This document shows, piece after piece, positions 37,932 to 46,589 of a DNA stretch of 57,144 nt. Source of the stretch: a virus (taxonomy: Duplodnaviria; Caudoviricetes). The stretch covers positions 1 to 57,144 of IMG/VR virus record IMGVR_UViG_3300022178_004562; one strand, written 5' to 3'. Each line of letters starts with the position of its first letter. Positions within the stretch are counted from its first letter, which is position 1. Made by a program: the position numbers and the translations under genes. The notes beneath the pieces were generated by a model. The model made no database searches and had not been told where the DNA came from. It saw only the letters and a list, made by a program, of their open reading frames with translations.

Positions 37932-39104
37932 CTATCCTATAAATATTTCTAATGGACCTCTACTAAGTACAGTTTGATTAGCTTGGGCTACTTCAGCTTC
38001 TCTCTGAGCCTTTTCGGATAGAGATACACTATCTAAAAATTCTTTCAGTTCCGTTAGCATTTGGTCTTTTTCTTCTCTACCTTCAGCTTTGAGGGAATCA
38101 CCATCTAAAGATACTTCACCTCCTGGTAGCGGTAAAGATGCATATTTACTTCGTATTATTCCTAATAACTCTTTTGATAGAGCCAGACAATACTTACGAA
38201 TCCACTGCCGACCCGCTGAATTTATTTCTTTATATGGTAAAAACTTATAAGGTGCATTACTTGGATCTGATGTTGTGCCTTGTGTGAAAGAATTACTTGT
38301 GGATCTTACATCATCACGAACATAATATTCAAACCATACCTTATCACCGGTATCAGTGCTGGTTGGTCTTGGAAAAATTTTTAATTTATTATTGACTATA
38401 TTGAATGAGTAAGCTGATTTTCTAATTTTATCGTTAGTTTCTATTGCCATAGCTCGTGCTATGTCATAACTAACTGGTCTCATAACATACTGAGCTGCAG
38501 GAGCTGCATTACCCATCCCAAACGAATCTAACATATTTCTCTGCTCAAATGACCCTGCAAATGGATCATAAAAGCGTGTTATAGCAGCTGGTCCTTGATT
38601 GTATACCATTTGAACTTCAAGTCTTTTATTACTCTCAGAGGCCTCTGCCCATGTCTGTAAATCATATTCTTGTTTGCCTGATATCAAGTCTACAGAACCA
38701 CTCTTGAGATCTGTATCTCCACCAACACCAGCATATGTTCCATAAGCCTCACTGAGTACAATAGATGTTCCCAATCCTGGTGATACTGGCTCGTTGCTGC
38801 CTGTTTGAGAGTATGCGGAACCGCTTTGTTTATTGGAAGATCCATAATGATCCCATAACCAGTTCTTCATATTATAATTGTTAATGTGAAGAGAATATTC
38901 TGAAATGGCTTCTTCAAAGCATGCAAATATACTTCCACTGAATATTTCCAATTGCAATACCGGATGTCCTAGTCTTCTAGCTACCCACTTGGTAACAGTT
39001 AAGCTGTCATCTTGAAACGTTTGATCATTATCGTAGATTGAGTATGGTGTACTTCCACTAGCATTGTTGGTGGGGTCTTCGTATATGTAATTAAATTTGC
39101 TCAT
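37932..39104 (-). CDS. Neck protein (gp13-like adaptor)
   Basis: RRLGHPVLQLE, WIRKYCLALSKELLG.IRSKY..LPLPGGEVSLDG. Confidence 0.85.
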   Translation of the reverse strand: MSKFNYIYEDPTNNASGSTPYSIYDNDQTFQDDSLTVTKWVARRLGHPVLQLEIFSGSIFACFEEAISEYSLHINNYNMKNWLWDHYGSSNKQSGSAYSQTGSNEPVSPGLGTSIVLSEAYGTYAGVGGDTDLKSGSVDLISGKQEYDLQTWAEASESNKRLEVQMVYNQGPAAITRFYDPFAGSFEQRNMLDSFGMGNAAPAAQYVMRPVSYDIARAMAIETNDKIRKSAYSFNIVNNKLKIFPRPTSTDTGDKVWFEYYVRDDVRSTSNSFTQGTTSDPSNAPYKFLPYKEINSAGRQWIRKYCLALSKELLGIIRSKYASLPLPGGEVSLDGDSLKAEGREEKDQMLTELKEFLDSVSLSEKAQREAEVAQANQTVLSRGPLEIFIG

Positions 39105-39132
39105 GATTGTTATCTATAAATATACTGTTGTA

Positions 39133-39167
39133 AACAAAAAAGGAGATATATTGACTATCCCTTTTTA
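39133..39167 (-). terminator. Rho-independent terminator
   Basis: AAAAGGGATA-GTCAATA-TATCTCCTTTTTTGTTT. Confidence 0.6.
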
Positions 39168-39171
39168 TTGA

Positions 39172-40056
39172 TTAATAGAAAAGGCCCCTGTCCTTAGCTT
39201 TAGCTAGCCACTCTATAGAATTCATAATGGACCTGGCTTCTTCTAATGTGTAGACCCCTTTGTCTTGTGCTATTCTGCAGCCTGCTATCAGTGTTTTTAT
39301 ATACCCATCCATCCGCACATCTTCTTCTTTATTTTTAACTGTGGAGTGACCTACAGTAACGTCTTTCCATTTGTGCTTGTTCAAAATTGGACCTACATCT
39401 CGTACACCAAATGAAAATCTATTATTTTTAGTATAGCAACAATGCCACAGCGGCTTGCTAAAGTCTCCGAGTACAAAATGATTTAAACTCCATCCCTTTG
39501 GCTCCCACTTAGTCACCATTTCTTCTGTTTTGGGATCTATGTATCTAAAGAATGAACTATCTTCATTGGTATTATATACTAAATACCATCTATCTCCAGG
39601 ATTATCAGAGTTAGTGTGCCACCCCATGAACCCATCATGACCTTTATATTTTTTATAATGCAATGGTCTATTGGATAAGCTCAAAGTGGTACTGTCATTT
39701 ACTACATTTAGTACATTAACAACTTGAAGTAAAGTGTCTCGAACTGAAATAGTCGATTTGGTATTGCGGTCAATTGATTCAATTGAATTAAAATCATCAA
39801 ATTGAAATACATTTGAGTCATCTTCGGGTGTATACTTGCTTTTTTTTTCTTTTATTGCTTTGTATGTATTATAACTACATCTCTCGATAGTACCAGATTG
39901 AAAATTAAGTGGTGTATTTTCCCACTTGGCTAGAAAATCACCGGTGAGATTGCCATCTAGAACCGGTTCGATAAAATCTGTATATAAATTATTCACCAAG
40001 CCAAGCATATTATGCTCAGGTAGGTAATTTTCATTTATTTTTGTTTGAGTAAACAT
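39172..40056 (-). CDS. Putative 2OG-Fe(II) oxygenase-like (cupin) protein
   Basis: GFMGWHTN...FFRY.DP...WHCCY....RFSFG: H-x-N...H plus a distal Arg. Confidence 0.55.
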   Translation of the reverse strand: MFTQTKINENYLPEHNMLGLVNNLYTDFIEPVLDGNLTGDFLAKWENTPLNFQSGTIERCSYNTYKAIKEKKSKYTPEDDSNVFQFDDFNSIESIDRNTKSTISVRDTLLQVVNVLNVVNDSTTLSLSNRPLHYKKYKGHDGFMGWHTNSDNPGDRWYLVYNTNEDSSFFRYIDPKTEEMVTKWEPKGWSLNHFVLGDFSKPLWHCCYTKNNRFSFGVRDVGPILNKHKWKDVTVGHSTVKNKEEDVRMDGYIKTLIAGCRIAQDKGVYTLEEARSIMNSIEWLAKAKDRGLFY

Positions 40057-40087
40057 ATATAACCTCTATTAATTAATCTTATATAAT

Positions 40088-40118
40088 AAAACAAAAAGGG
40101 TGAAATAAATCCACCCTT
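40088..40118 (-). terminator. Rho-independent terminator ending the capsid operon
   Basis: AAGGGTGGA-TTTAT-TTCACCCTT followed by TTTGTTTT. Confidence 0.75.
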
Positions 40119-40151
40119 AAAGTTATGTTTAAACGGTTGACTGTTTAATTA

Positions 40152-40832
40152 CTAAACGGCACTTGTTGCAAATGTTCCATTTAATGCACCAGAACCAAGT
40201 TCAGATGCTTTGAATGAAAGTCTCCAAAATCCAGCTACTTCACAATAAAATGCTAATTCAGCACCTATATTGGTTTGGTTGTTGGTTGCAGTTGGTACAA
40301 TTGTCAACGTATTGTGTGTTGCTGCAATTGTTATTATTGCTCCACCATGAGTCGCGACTGTCTGTGTGAAATCAGTACCAAAGATTCTACGACTTCCTGG
40401 TTGTGCATCACCAAAGTTAGTAACATCTGTATTTAGTGTTTGAGCTGCAAAGAAGTCTCCAGATTTTGTAGTCCAAGTACCAGCATTATTTCCACCATCA
40501 TATTGACCAGTAAATCTGTATACTGTTAGTGAACCAACTTGAGCTTCCGGTAATACAATTGCATTAGTAGCATCACCTAACGCTGCTACTTGATGAAAAG
40601 TATTGTCTGCCATGGTAAAGCCACTATCTGCATTTGCATCCGTTTTAGTAGATAGTGAAAGCCCACTATAATCACCTGTTGCAAATCTAATGTAATTTGA
40701 TTTTATCGCGTCACATGTTAGTGTTCCTGTGTAAGTATTATCATTATTCAATACAGCAGATGCGGCAACTCTATCCCGGTTATCAAGATTGTACTCCAAC
40801 CCCTCAAAGCTTATTTTCTCTTTTATAGCCAT
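40152..40832 (-). CDS. Hypothetical virion protein (possible capsid decoration)
   Basis: Thr/Ala/Gly-rich beta-type 226 aa directly after MCP; GGAG SD. Confidence 0.55.
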   Translation of the reverse strand: MAIKEKISFEGLEYNLDNRDRVAASAVLNNDNTYTGTLTCDAIKSNYIRFATGDYSGLSLSTKTDANADSGFTMADNTFHQVAALGDATNAIVLPEAQVGSLTVYRFTGQYDGGNNAGTWTTKSGDFFAAQTLNTDVTNFGDAQPGSRRIFGTDFTQTVATHGGAIITIAATHNTLTIVPTATNNQTNIGAELAFYCEVAGFWRLSFKASELGSGALNGTFATSAV

Positions 40833-40852
40833 TTTATTTCTCCAATTTAAGA

Positions 40853-40876
40853 GTGGGGGTCCGTTGGGACCCCCAC
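40853..40876 (-). terminator. Strong hairpin after major capsid gene (attenuator or mRNA stabiliser)
   Basis: GTGGGGGTCC-CAAC-GGACCCCCAC, perfect 10-bp stem, weak U-tract. Confidence 0.6.
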
Positions 40877-40900
40877 CCAGCTAGTTTTCTTTGTTAAGGT

Positions 40901-42592
40901 TTACAGCTGATCTAATGAATCAACGTAGATCTTACCATAGAACTCAGGTCTAATCATCTTCTTAGCGTATCTAGTCATAATACCTTTTCTTGGTGTAAAA
41001 TCACTTGGATCATACACTAATGGTGTCATGATTAACGGTACGTAAGGAGCATAAACAGCACCTGTTTCTAGGAAGTTACTACCACGATAACCCAACAGAA
41101 TTGTATTCTCATCCATATAAGGATTCTTGTAAACAGTAAACCTGTTTGCAAGTGAACCTATCTGTTGAACGCCCATAGCGAACTGATTCTTAGTTCCATC
41201 AGTATCAGTCATGTAGCCTGGAATGGATTCAAGTACTGTCGCCACTTGAGGACCACAAACAACAAAGTTTGCACCACCACGTAGGGTCAATTTATGAATC
41301 TCATTAGAGACTTTTTGGATTTTAGCAACTAATGTCTGGAACCACTCAAAACGTGTACCATAAAAAGTTGTGTTAGTAAATCCACCAACACCATTGTAAT
41401 CATTACCAGCTCTTAGTGACCAGTAATCAATGGTTTGGGCATCACTGATAAGCATGTCCATGACCTCTAGGTCAATTTCCATACTCACATACTCTGTTAA
41501 CATTGATGTCAACTCAGCTTCTGCATCAACTGAATGATATGCATTTAAGTCTTGAGCCAACTCAGGTGTCCATACAGCTTTTAACTTACGAGTTTTCGCA
41601 ACAATCGCTCTGGACTTCAACTCAATGTCTACTTGAGGTATGTCTAGTGAATTAGAAGTAGCGTCACCGATGCGATCTTCAAAATCACCTCTGCTAGCTT
41701 CTGTGTTTAGTTTTGGATATTGTATTTCTAAGCCACTACCTTCTCCAGTAACATCGCCTGCAACTGATGCAGATACAACAAATGTTACGGATCCAGCTTC
41801 GCCTTCATCACCACTAACCGATGTAAGTTCTGGAAAGAATCTATTAATACTCTTTGCAGGACCTATGTTTGCACCGTGTGGTCTTTCTGCTGATTGTCCA
41901 CCTGAGATAAAGTTGGCAGCTCTAATAGCTAACTTGTCAATATCTGTTGAGGTTAAAGCTTCAACAACTTTGAAGATTTTACCTGCATTAACAGATGAAG
42001 ATAATTCACTATTAAAGTTTACATCTTTCCAAGTAGCTAATGTAACAGCTGGCGCACCAATGACTTCTGAACCTGTAGCTAATGAATATCCATAGCTTCC
42101 AGCTCCATAAAGACCTGATCCTCCAACATTATCGTCTGCACCAAATGGAGCAGAACTACCTGAAGGTGAGAATTTACCTGTTTTACCTTGTAATGATGAA
42201 CCTGCAGCATTACCAGCTCTTGTATTTCCATATTGGAAATCAAGGTAGAATACTAGTCCAGAAGGAAGGTTCATAGGCTGTACTGAAACAAATTCCTGTG
42301 CAGCTATTTCACCAAAAATCCTACGTACAAGTGGTAAAGCAACTCCGGACCATTCCTCGTCGCCATTGTAAGAACCCGCAACACCAGCATTAGGGCTAGT
42401 AGCTGAAGCTTCTTTGATGAGTTCACGAGCTTGGTTTTCTAGCAACTGTGCCATTCCACCCTTCTTGAAATCACCTTCAAGACCGTCTAGTAATCCAGTA
42501 CGATCCCACTTCGATACAAGTTTTTCAGCTTCTTTCTTCTGTACCTTGTAATTTGAAGCACCCAAAAGGGCTTCGTTGATATAATTTGACAT
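40901..42592 (-). CDS. Major capsid protein (gp23-like)
   Basis: LLENQ, LPLVRR, VQPMNLPSGLVFYL, KTRKLKAVWTPELAQDLNAYH..DAEAEL, YAPYVPL, TRYA. Confidence 0.96.
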   Translation of the reverse strand: MSNYINEALLGASNYKVQKKEAEKLVSKWDRTGLLDGLEGDFKKGGMAQLLENQARELIKEASATSPNAGVAGSYNGDEEWSGVALPLVRRIFGEIAAQEFVSVQPMNLPSGLVFYLDFQYGNTRAGNAAGSSLQGKTGKFSPSGSSAPFGADDNVGGSGLYGAGSYGYSLATGSEVIGAPAVTLATWKDVNFNSELSSSVNAGKIFKVVEALTSTDIDKLAIRAANFISGGQSAERPHGANIGPAKSINRFFPELTSVSGDEGEAGSVTFVVSASVAGDVTGEGSGLEIQYPKLNTEASRGDFEDRIGDATSNSLDIPQVDIELKSRAIVAKTRKLKAVWTPELAQDLNAYHSVDAEAELTSMLTEYVSMEIDLEVMDMLISDAQTIDYWSLRAGNDYNGVGGFTNTTFYGTRFEWFQTLVAKIQKVSNEIHKLTLRGGANFVVCGPQVATVLESIPGYMTDTDGTKNQFAMGVQQIGSLANRFTVYKNPYMDENTILLGYRGSNFLETGAVYAPYVPLIMTPLVYDPSDFTPRKGIMTRYAKKMIRPEFYGKIYVDSLDQL

Positions 42593-42602
42593 CTAAGTCT
42601 CC

Positions 42603-43661
42603 TTACTTAATATTAGCAAGTTTACGAAAACGATCAGCTACAACTTGTTCTTCAGTAATCACTTTACGTGATTGCTTAGAAGGTCTTGTAGATCCCGTCT
42701 TTGCACTTGCAGACTCGTTAATTTTGGGCTTGCGCTTTTTAGCAACAGGTTTAGCGGAATAGTTCTCACTTAATGTGCTGTAAACAAGTTTGATTTCTCT
42801 AGTTGTTTGTGCTCTATCAAATGTTTCTACTACTCTCATCTTCTGTTGGTTATCTAGTGCAAACTCCTTGAACAGTTTGTTAGTAAATAACAACTTAGCA
42901 TTCAGGATATTTACTTCGTGGATCTTATCCTTGAGGTAGGTAATTGCTTCCTTATGCTCATCTAACTCAGCTTTGGTGCGACTCAGTTCCTCTTTCATGT
43001 CAACGACGTGATTTGAATCTGTGTGTCCCTCTACATTGTCTGGATATGCATCATCCTCTTCTTTAAGTTCTACTTCATAAACCTCTTCCTTAGACTCTTC
43101 TTCATCATCAGCTTCTTCCTCTTCAGAAAGATCCTGTATATGATCAGGGTCCTTATGACCTTCAACGTTGTCTGGATATGCGTCGTCTTCTTCATTGATC
43201 TCTAGCTCTAACTCTTTAATGATAGATTCTAGATCCAACTCATCAGACTCTTCACCTTCCATGTCCATGCCTTCGTCATCCGGATGCATTGCTTCGTCTT
43301 CCGGGTGCATTGCTTCGTCTTCGACTTCGTCTTCACCGTGCATTGCTTCTTTATGCATTCCTTCATCCTCGACTTCGTCTTCACCGTGCATTGCTTCTTT
43401 GTGCATGCCTTCGTCTTCGACTTCATCTTCCATTTCTTCTTTATGCATACCTTCATCTTCGACGTCATCTTCGACTTCTTCGTGCCATGTTTCGTTTTCC
43501 ATTTCATCTTCATCAGAATCTTCTTCTTCAGAAAGTTTAGCGGATAACATAGACTTCAGTTGAGGTGTGAATGCTTCTTCTAAAGCCATTTTTGCATTAC
43601 GTAATGCTGTTTCACGAACAGCTTTAGCATCTGCAATAGCTTCTTTTAAAAGATCACTCAT
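42603..43661 (-). CDS. Prohead scaffold/core protein (gp22-like)
   Basis: Highly acidic protein upstream of MCP; LLKEAIADAKAV...NAK.ALEE, EVNILNAKLLFTNKLF. Confidence 0.8.
   Translation of the reverse strand: MSDLLKEAIADAKAVRETALRNAKMALEEAFTPQLKSMLSAKLSEEEDSDEDEMENETWHEEVEDDVEDEGMHKEEMEDEVEDEGMHKEAMHGEDEVEDEGMHKEAMHGEDEVEDEAMHPEDEAMHPDDEGMDMEGEESDELDLESIIKELELEINEEDDAYPDNVEGHKDPDHIQDLSEEEEADDEEESKEEVYEVELKEEDDAYPDNVEGHTDSNHVVDMKEELSRTKAELDEHKEAITYLKDKIHEVNILNAKLLFTNKLFKEFALDNQQKMRVVETFDRAQTTREIKLVYSTLSENYSAKPVAKKRKPKINESASAKTGSTRPSKQSRKVITEEQVVADRFRKLANIK
43321..43430 (-). repeat. 48-nt in-frame tandem repeat in the scaffold gene
   Basis: About 2.3 copies encoding (E)DEGMHKEAMHGEDEVE, with degenerate EDEAMHP units alongside. 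Confidence 0.8.
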
Positions 43662-43695
43662 AGTGTCTCTCCTAATATTATATATTATTTGGAAA

Positions 43696-43781
43696 TATAG
43701 TTATTATGAACTATAATGGGATTTGTATATTTTTTAGACTCTGTAAGTGGGACAGAGTATTTGGTTACTTATATATAGTAG
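43696..43781 (-). promoter_or_regulatory. Late-promoter motif plus two-hairpin 5' leader of the scaffold-capsid operon
   Basis: CTACTATATAT at 43781-43771; ACTCTGT/ACAGAGT (43758-43738) and TATAGTT/AACTATA (43715-43696) 7-bp stems. Confidence 0.5.
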
Positions 43782-43800
43782 AAATTAATAAAAATTGATA

Positions 43801-44004
43801 CTATTTTTTATTTCTACGTTTAGCAGCATTAATTTTTTTTCTCTTAGCTGCTGAGGGCTTTTCATAGAAAGCTCTATCACGTAATTCCATCATCAAACCA
43901 CTATCCTTAACTTTATTTTTAAACCTAGATAGGGCATTGTCTATATTGTTTTTATGAACCAGTACTGTTAAGCCCGGGGGATCTTTTAGTATTCTTCGCT
44001 TCAC
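43801..44004 (-). CDS. rpsU: Ribosomal protein bS21 (phage-encoded)
   Basis: V.V..NNIDNALSRFKNKV...G...ELRDRAFYEKPSAAKRKK..AAKRR; GAGGT SD, GTG start. Confidence 0.9.
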   Translation of the reverse strand: MKRRILKDPPGLTVLVHKNNIDNALSRFKNKVKDSGLMMELRDRAFYEKPSAAKRKKINAAKRRNKK

Positions 44005-44278
44005 GAATAACCTCTTTTAGTATGTTTTTAATTCTTCTTTTTAATACGGACTCTGTTAGTTTTCTAAGATACTTCTCCGCTAAATATCTCTCTTTACCAT
44101 ATTTTGCCTCTGACCATTTTTTTCTTAGTGTCTTAGGCATAGTATCATAGTTATCAGATAACTGATTGTTTACGAACCAAGCCACCCGTCTAGCATCTGC
44201 AATGACTAATCTTTTGTATCGATTTTCTTCAAGTGTCTTCATCCACGTACGTATTTCTTTAACTGTGACTCTTTTCAT
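43952..44278 (-). CDS. Basic hypothetical protein
   Basis: 108-aa ORF in operon. Confidence 0.65.
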   Translation of the reverse strand: MKRVTVKEIRTWMKTLEENRYKRLVIADARRVAWFVNNQLSDNYDTMPKTLRKKWSEAKYGKERYLAEKYLRKLTESVLKRRIKNILKEVIREAKNTKRSPGLNSTGS

Positions 44279-44320
44279 TTTTTATATCCGTTAAAGTTGG
44301 CACCAAAATGTAGTATTTGT

Positions 44321-45352
44321 TTAAGAATTGTCTTGAGTTTCATCTTCTTCTGTTAGTTGTGCTTCGCTCAAACACCCTCTTGATACTGCAGTGTGAGCAT
44401 CCTCTATTAGTATAATTTCACTGATTTCTAGAGGGAAGGTCTCTGGGTCAAACTGTTCATTAAAAACTTCAATAAAACCTTTAACTAGAGAGGTACCTCC
44501 TCCAATTACTATTGGCACTGGCTTTGGAAAGTTTGGAACGTTTGCTGCTCCTTCAAACTGAGCCTTTAGATTAACCAATAGATAGTTAATTAATGCTCCA
44601 TAATATGATCTCAAAGCGTGCATTACTGCAAATTCTTCTGTACTTTCACCATATATGTCCTGCATTACACCTTTAGTCAAATCTAATTGTGTAGAAGATT
44701 CTTTTATATTTGACACCTTAGCTACTGGTACACCAGTATCCATTGCCACGTTGTTATCTATCCAATCTCCACCTCTGGAAACTGCAAAGCTCAATGCCGT
44801 CATTCCTTGATACATAACGGCTATGTTACACATACCAGCACCCATTGAGATACTGACACCAGTGAGTTCGTTGTCGACTAACCCCTCATATCCAAGAGCT
44901 ACTGCTTCTTCAACCTTGTGTGGTTTATATCCATAACTCTCTATAATTGTACTCAACACATCATCGTGATAAGAAACTTCACGCTCTACGTCTATGGGTT
45001 TAGATGGTATACAATATACACAAATCTCGTCTTTCTTTGACTTACCCAACAATTCACCTATAATGGCATTGAGGATTGGAAGACTATCCTTTTCTGTTGG
45101 ATTCAATAAACCATCCTTCATAGGACGTCTCAGTGTTGCTGTACTAAATATTTGAGCATAATTGAAAGCATGTTTTCCTACAATGTGCACTTTACCAGCC
45201 TTCTCGACAAACGGTATACGTTGTCTCTTTAACATTCTCTTGGATTGTTCAGCATCGCCATCCACGGTTAAGAATGCATTACGCTGCTTCTTAATTGATT
45301 TTTCACGTGCTGAAATGTAAAACGATGTTCCGCAGTCTAAACCTACAGCCAT
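44321..45352 (-). CDS. Actin-like ATPase (MreB/MamK/Mad28-like superfamily)
   Basis: Phosphate-1 GLDCGTS, connect EEAVALG, phosphate-2 SMGAGMCN, GGDWID, adenosine IGGGTSLVKGF, AVSRG. Confidence 0.85.
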   Translation of the reverse strand: MAVGLDCGTSFYISAREKSIKKQRNAFLTVDGDAEQSKRMLKRQRIPFVEKAGKVHIVGKHAFNYAQIFSTATLRRPMKDGLLNPTEKDSLPILNAIIGELLGKSKKDEICVYCIPSKPIDVEREVSYHDDVLSTIIESYGYKPHKVEEAVALGYEGLVDNELTGVSISMGAGMCNIAVMYQGMTALSFAVSRGGDWIDNNVAMDTGVPVAKVSNIKESSTQLDLTKGVMQDIYGESTEEFAVMHALRSYYGALINYLLVNLKAQFEGAANVPNFPKPVPIVIGGGTSLVKGFIEVFNEQFDPETFPLEISEIILIEDAHTAVSRGCLSEAQLTEEDETQDNS

Positions 45353-45360
45353 ATAACCTC

Positions 45361-45780
45361 CTAAATAGAACGTACAGAGACGTTCATTTTTATCATTTGT
45401 TCAATAACATCATCAATGTGTTTCATGGGAAGTTCTAATACTTCTTTACCGCCCTTCTTGGTTATGTTATATCCGTCTTTGCTAGAGGAGTTCCCTTTTG
45501 GTACGTTGAGTTTTTTCATAATAGCCAATACCTTTACTCGAGACTTTTTATCTCTGGGCATTTCTAACTTCATCATACGTCCTTCTGATATCACCTCTTT
45601 TACTAATTCTTTTAATTCTGCTCTTGATATCTTTATTTTTTGTTCACCGTTAGGTCTAGAAGCTTCTACTTGCAACTCAGCCTGTATGTGTTGTGCCTCA
45701 GTCTTGAATGGGGGTAAATCTTTGTCTGTGTATACTCTACCCGTTTCTATCTTGGTAATTAAATCTGCTAAGTTTTTCAT
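45361..45780 (-). CDS. Hypothetical protein with KISRAELKELVKEVISE motif
   Basis: 139 aa, coupled by TAATG. Confidence 0.65.
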   Translation of the reverse strand: MKNLADLITKIETGRVYTDKDLPPFKTEAQHIQAELQVEASRPNGEQKIKISRAELKELVKEVISEGRMMKLEMPRDKKSRVKVLAIMKKLNVPKGNSSSKDGYNITKKGGKEVLELPMKHIDDVIEQMIKMNVSVRSI

Positions 45781-46085
45781 TATTTATTCCTGAGTTGTTT
45801 TAGCTTGTCTTTTTGAGTTACAACCAATTTTTTTTCCACACTATCCATCTCTACGTTAATGCTATCCGGTTTACCGACCATGACAGCACTCTTACTGTGA
45901 GTTTCCACCACACCTATTGGTTTGTGCTGTGGATCTTGAAGTATTGGTGGTTTGGTTTGGATAGCTCGAGTAGCCTGTGATGTTGTTCCTTGAGGAATAA
46001 TACGACAAAGTACCCATATTGCAGCTACTATCTGCCAAATTGTTGCTGATATGACAATAAGAATCCATGCTAGTACTCCAAGCAC
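45780..46085 (-). CDS. Membrane-anchored hypothetical protein
   Basis: N-terminal hydrophobic helix (residues 2-27); C-terminus KDKLKQLRNK. Confidence 0.65.
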   Translation of the reverse strand: MLGVLAWILIVISATIWQIVAAIWVLCRIIPQGTTSQATRAIQTKPPILQDPQHKPIGVVETHSKSAVMVGKPDSINVEMDSVEKKLVVTQKDKLKQLRNK

Positions 46086-46570
46086 TATGCCTGATCTATT
46101 GCCTTAGAAATTTTATCTCTGCGATTCTTTAGATATTCATCGGATGAATCTGTATCTCCATCATTATCGATGTCACCATCTTCCTTACCCACTGGATCCA
46201 TTTCTTCTCTGATATCATAATATCTGTTCAGTATTCCACCCATATCCTCATACAGAGCGACTAATCTTTCAGATAGAGCTTTATGATCTTTTGCTGTGGA
46301 CTTAAATTCTTTTACCATTCCAGTCATGGACTTCATGTTACGATTGACGCTAACCTTGTCAAACCAGTCATCGGTTTCCGTAACTATGTGTTGTTGTGCA
46401 GATTCTGCCATCTTGACCAATTGCTCCGCTATCTCCATAATATTATGCTCACCGTATAGTTTCTTGCCAACAAGACCATACTCGGATACTTGCTTGCTAA
46501 CAGCTCTACCGTCAATCCGTTCCTGATTTTCTTCAAAAACCTCAGACAATAGGGTTTTTAACTTTTTCAT
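46085..46570 (-). CDS. Hypothetical protein with C-terminal DxDxDG loop
   Basis: GGAG SD; MKKLKTLLSE leader; DPVGKEDGDIDNDGDTDSSDEYL. Confidence 0.7.
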   Translation of the reverse strand: MKKLKTLLSEVFEENQERIDGRAVSKQVSEYGLVGKKLYGEHNIMEIAEQLVKMAESAQQHIVTETDDWFDKVSVNRNMKSMTGMVKEFKSTAKDHKALSERLVALYEDMGGILNRYYDIREEMDPVGKEDGDIDNDGDTDSSDEYLKNRRDKISKAIDQA

Positions 46571-46589
46571 AATACTCTCCTGATGTTAT

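Noticed and set aside
43168-43563. Overlapping ORFs (43229-43513 minus and three plus-strand) and a CRISPR-like look of the repeats
   Set aside because: By-products of the scaffold's in-frame coding repeat; there are no unique spacers and no cas genes
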